Source: an uncultured Verrucomicrobiota bacterium (lineage in GTDB: Bacteria; Verrucomicrobiota; CALLYA01; CAYNBQ01). Taken from it: a stretch of 61,253 bases of DNA. Below are positions 59,031 through 61,253 of this stretch, in pieces (position 1 is the first letter of the stretch; every line of letters begins with the position of its first letter). The notes beneath the pieces were generated by a model. The model had not been told where the DNA came from. It made no database searches and saw nothing but the letters and a program-made list of their open reading frames with translations. The DNA is taken from assembly GCA_964395275.1 (NCBI GenBank), contig CAYNBQ010000008.1:1-61253 (forward strand), written 5' to 3'. The position numbers were made by a program, and so were the translations under genes.

Positions 59031-60380
59031 ATGAGAAACCCGCACCCGGCCGCCGTCGCCGTGATCCTCCTTGCGGCCGCAATCGTTTCCGTCGCCGGCG
59101 CGCCCGTGCCGGGGGTGGATCTGCCGCCGTTCGGCGCCCAGAGCGTCTGGCCGAACAACCCGGATCTGGTCACCATCCTCGATCGGATGCAGGAGGCCGG
59201 CATCCGCTGGGGCCGCTTCGATCTCTGCTGGTGGAGCATCTGCGAGCAGCCGGTCGGCACGTACGATTTCGTCAGTCCGAACTACCCGGGCTACGAAAAC
59301 TGGAACACCGACCGGGCGATCCAACTCATGCGCGACCGGGGCATCGAACCATTCCCGATCCTCTGCTACGGGCATCCGAACTACGACGGCGGCGACGGTC
59401 CCTACAGCCCGGCGGGACGAACCGCCTTCGGCAACTACTGCTACGCGGCCGCGTCGCGGTACCGCAATTCCGTCTCCTACTGGGAGATCTGGAACGAGCC
59501 GAACCTGGAATTCTTCTGGTCGCGAACGCCGGATCCGGAGGACTACGCCCTGCTGGCGCAGGTGGCCGCCGCGCGGATCCGACAGGCCAACCCCGACGCG
59601 ATCGTCGCGGGCGGCGTCACCTCCGGCATCGATCTGGGATTCCTCGACACGGCCTTCCAGTACGGATTGCTGGACGCCGTCGACATCATCACCGTGCATC
59701 CGTACCGGATCGCGGCTCCCGAAACGATCAACGGCGAGATCTCGACGCTGCGTTCGATGATCGCCTCCCACACCACCCGGTCGATCGACGTCTGGACGGG
59801 GGAGTGGGGATACGACACCGCCTGGACCGAGGTGACCCCCCTCAGCCAGGCGAAATGCCTGGGACGGATGATGGTCAACAACCTCTCGATCGACATCGGG
59901 TTGTCGATCTGGTTTTCCACCCATCCCTACACGGAACATTCGCCGACGGATCCCGGATGGGGCTTGCTCGACTACTCGTACGGCAGGCGGCCGAGTTTCT
60001 ACGCCATGCGGACGGTCAACGAGCGGCTCGGCGCCCCCGTGGCGGTCGCCGCGGATCCGATCGCCGTGACCCTGATTCCCTCGGTGCCGGACCAGCGCGT
60101 CGCCGTCTTCGAACGCGGCGACGACGCCCGCCAGACGATCGTGATCTGGATGGCGCGCTGGCCCCTGTCCGATTCCTACGCCGGGCAGACCACCACCGTG
60201 CGGCTGGGCATCACGGACTACGCGGAAATCTCCGCCTGGGACGGTCTGGACGGGGATGCGATTCCCGTTTCCCCGGTGCGCGTGGGCGACCGGATCGAAT
60301 TGCGCGGCTTCCGCGTGCACGATTACCCGGTGTACATCGACGTCGACCGCGCGGGCCCGAACATGCTGACCGTTTACTGA
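59031..60380 (+). CDS. secreted clan GH-A glycoside hydrolase (GH39/GH5-like)
   Basis: Signal peptide; WEIWNEPN (acid/base), TVHPY, WTGEWGY (nucleophile); C-terminal beta domain. Confidence 0.82.
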   Translation: MRNPHPAAVAVILLAAAIVSVAGAPVPGVDLPPFGAQSVWPNNPDLVTILDRMQEAGIRWGRFDLCWWSICEQPVGTYDFVSPNYPGYENWNTDRAIQLMRDRGIEPFPILCYGHPNYDGGDGPYSPAGRTAFGNYCYAAASRYRNSVSYWEIWNEPNLEFFWSRTPDPEDYALLAQVAAARIRQANPDAIVAGGVTSGIDLGFLDTAFQYGLLDAVDIITVHPYRIAAPETINGEISTLRSMIASHTTRSIDVWTGEWGYDTAWTEVTPLSQAKCLGRMMVNNLSIDIGLSIWFSTHPYTEHSPTDPGWGLLDYSYGRRPSFYAMRTVNERLGAPVAVAADPIAVTLIPSVPDQRVAVFERGDDARQTIVIWMARWPLSDSYAGQTTTVRLGITDYAEISAWDGLDGDAIPVSPVRVGDRIELRGFRVHDYPVYIDVDRAGPNMLTVY

Positions 60381-60450
60381 ACCTCTTCTCGCTTCGTTCG
60401 GCGGCGGCCGCCGGATAGAATCGCCTGCAATCCACGGGAGGAAACCGTCC

Positions 60451-61253
60451 GTGCCGACCCAGTATCCGAACATTCTTTTCATCATGTCCGACGATCATGC
60501 CGCTCATGCCATGAGCTGCTACGGCAGTCGGATCAACGAAACGCCGAACCTGGATCGAATCGCCGCCGGCGGCATGCGGTTCGACAACTGCTTCTGCACG
60601 AACTCGATCTGCACTCCGAGCCGGGCGACGATCCTGGCCGGTACGTACAACCACGTCAACGGCGTCACCACCCTCGGGACGATGATGGACAACCGCATCC
60701 TCACCTTCCCGAAGCTCCTGCGGGAACGGGGATACCAGACGGCCGTGATCGGGAAATGGCACCTGGGCCAGGGGCCGAAACACGAACCGACCGGGTTCGA
60801 CTACTGGAACGTCCTGCCGGGCCAGGGGCTCTATTACGACCCCGAGATGATCGAGATGGGCGAGAAGAAAATCCGCCCCGGGTACGCCACCGACATCATC
60901 ACCGAGGACAGCCTCGATTTCCTCCGCCGCCGCGACCCGTCGCGTCCGTTCTGTCTTCTGTGCCACCACAAGGCGCCGCATCGCCCCTGGGAACCCGAGA
61001 AACGCTTCATGAGCCTTTACGAGGGCGAGGAGATCCCGGAACCGGAAACATTCCACGACGATTACTCCGACCGGGCCCGCGCCGCCGCGGAGGCGAAGAT
61101 GCGCGTCGACCGCGATCTCCTGCCGGTGGACGTCAAGCAGCCGGTCCCGGAAGGGCTCGGACCGGCGGAGCGCAAGAGCTGGTACTACCAGCGGTACATC
61201 AAGGATTACCTGCGCTGCATCGCGGCGGTGGACGAAGGGGTCGGCAGGCTTCT
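60451..61253 (+). CDS. formylglycine-dependent sulfatase (GlcNAc-6-sulfatase-like), truncated by the window edge
   Basis: Not in the ORF track because it has no stop. Manual translation gives MPTQYPNILFIMSDDH...NSICTPSRATIL...GKWHLG...HHKAPH; GTG with GGAGGA; TAGAAT at 60416-60421. Confidence 0.92.
   Translation, partial: MPTQYPNILFIMSDDHAAHAMSCYGSRINETPNLDRIAAGGMRFDNCFCTNSICTPSRATILAGTYNHVNGVTTLGTMMDNRILTFPKLLRERGYQTAVIGKWHLGQGPKHEPTGFDYWNVLPGQGLYYDPEMIEMGEKKIRPGYATDIITEDSLDFLRRRDPSRPFCLLCHHKAPHRPWEPEKRFMSLYEGEEIPEPETFHDDYSDRARAAAEAKMRVDRDLLPVDVKQPVPEGLGPAERKSWYYQRYIKDYLRCIAAVDEGVGRL

Overview
A very GC-rich bacterial core-genome window from a diderm with LPS (waaA, lptF/G) and peptidoglycan (murA, amidase). 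The gene mix suggests the PVC superphylum (Verrucomicrobiota/Kiritimatiellia-like); this is inference only. About 56 CDS are supportable, mostly housekeeping blocks: tig-clpP-clpX; aroB-hyp-dprA-topA-xerC-waaA; gap-pgk-tpiA-secG-oppABCDF-tgt-yajC-secDF-recJ; rsmD-coaD-yceD-rpmF-plsX-fabH-fabD-fabG-acpP-fabF-rpmE-prfA; prmC-murA-ffh on the minus strand; tatA-tatC; then a glycoside hydrolase and a sulfatase cut by the right edge. I found no tRNA, rRNA, CRISPR array or transposase by eye. The most unusual elements are: (1) a protein fusing an RNA-polymerase alpha-CTD-like domain, a sigma70 region-4 HTH and a delta/HARE-type winged HTH, divergent from the gap operon; (2) a GAF/HisKA_2 kinase, an ANTAR regulator and an orphan corrinoid protein with a structured leader; (3) an OppB permease with an inserted CBM-like domain; (4) a TolC protein and two ABC-2 permeases with no ATPase or adaptor, directly behind clpX; (5) a degenerate PilZ-like/CxxC protein overlapping pilT/U; (6) an R-to-G change in the TopA SAGRVQ motif. 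All calls come from manual motif recognition; no searches were run, and several start codons were re-picked from RBS and promoter context.
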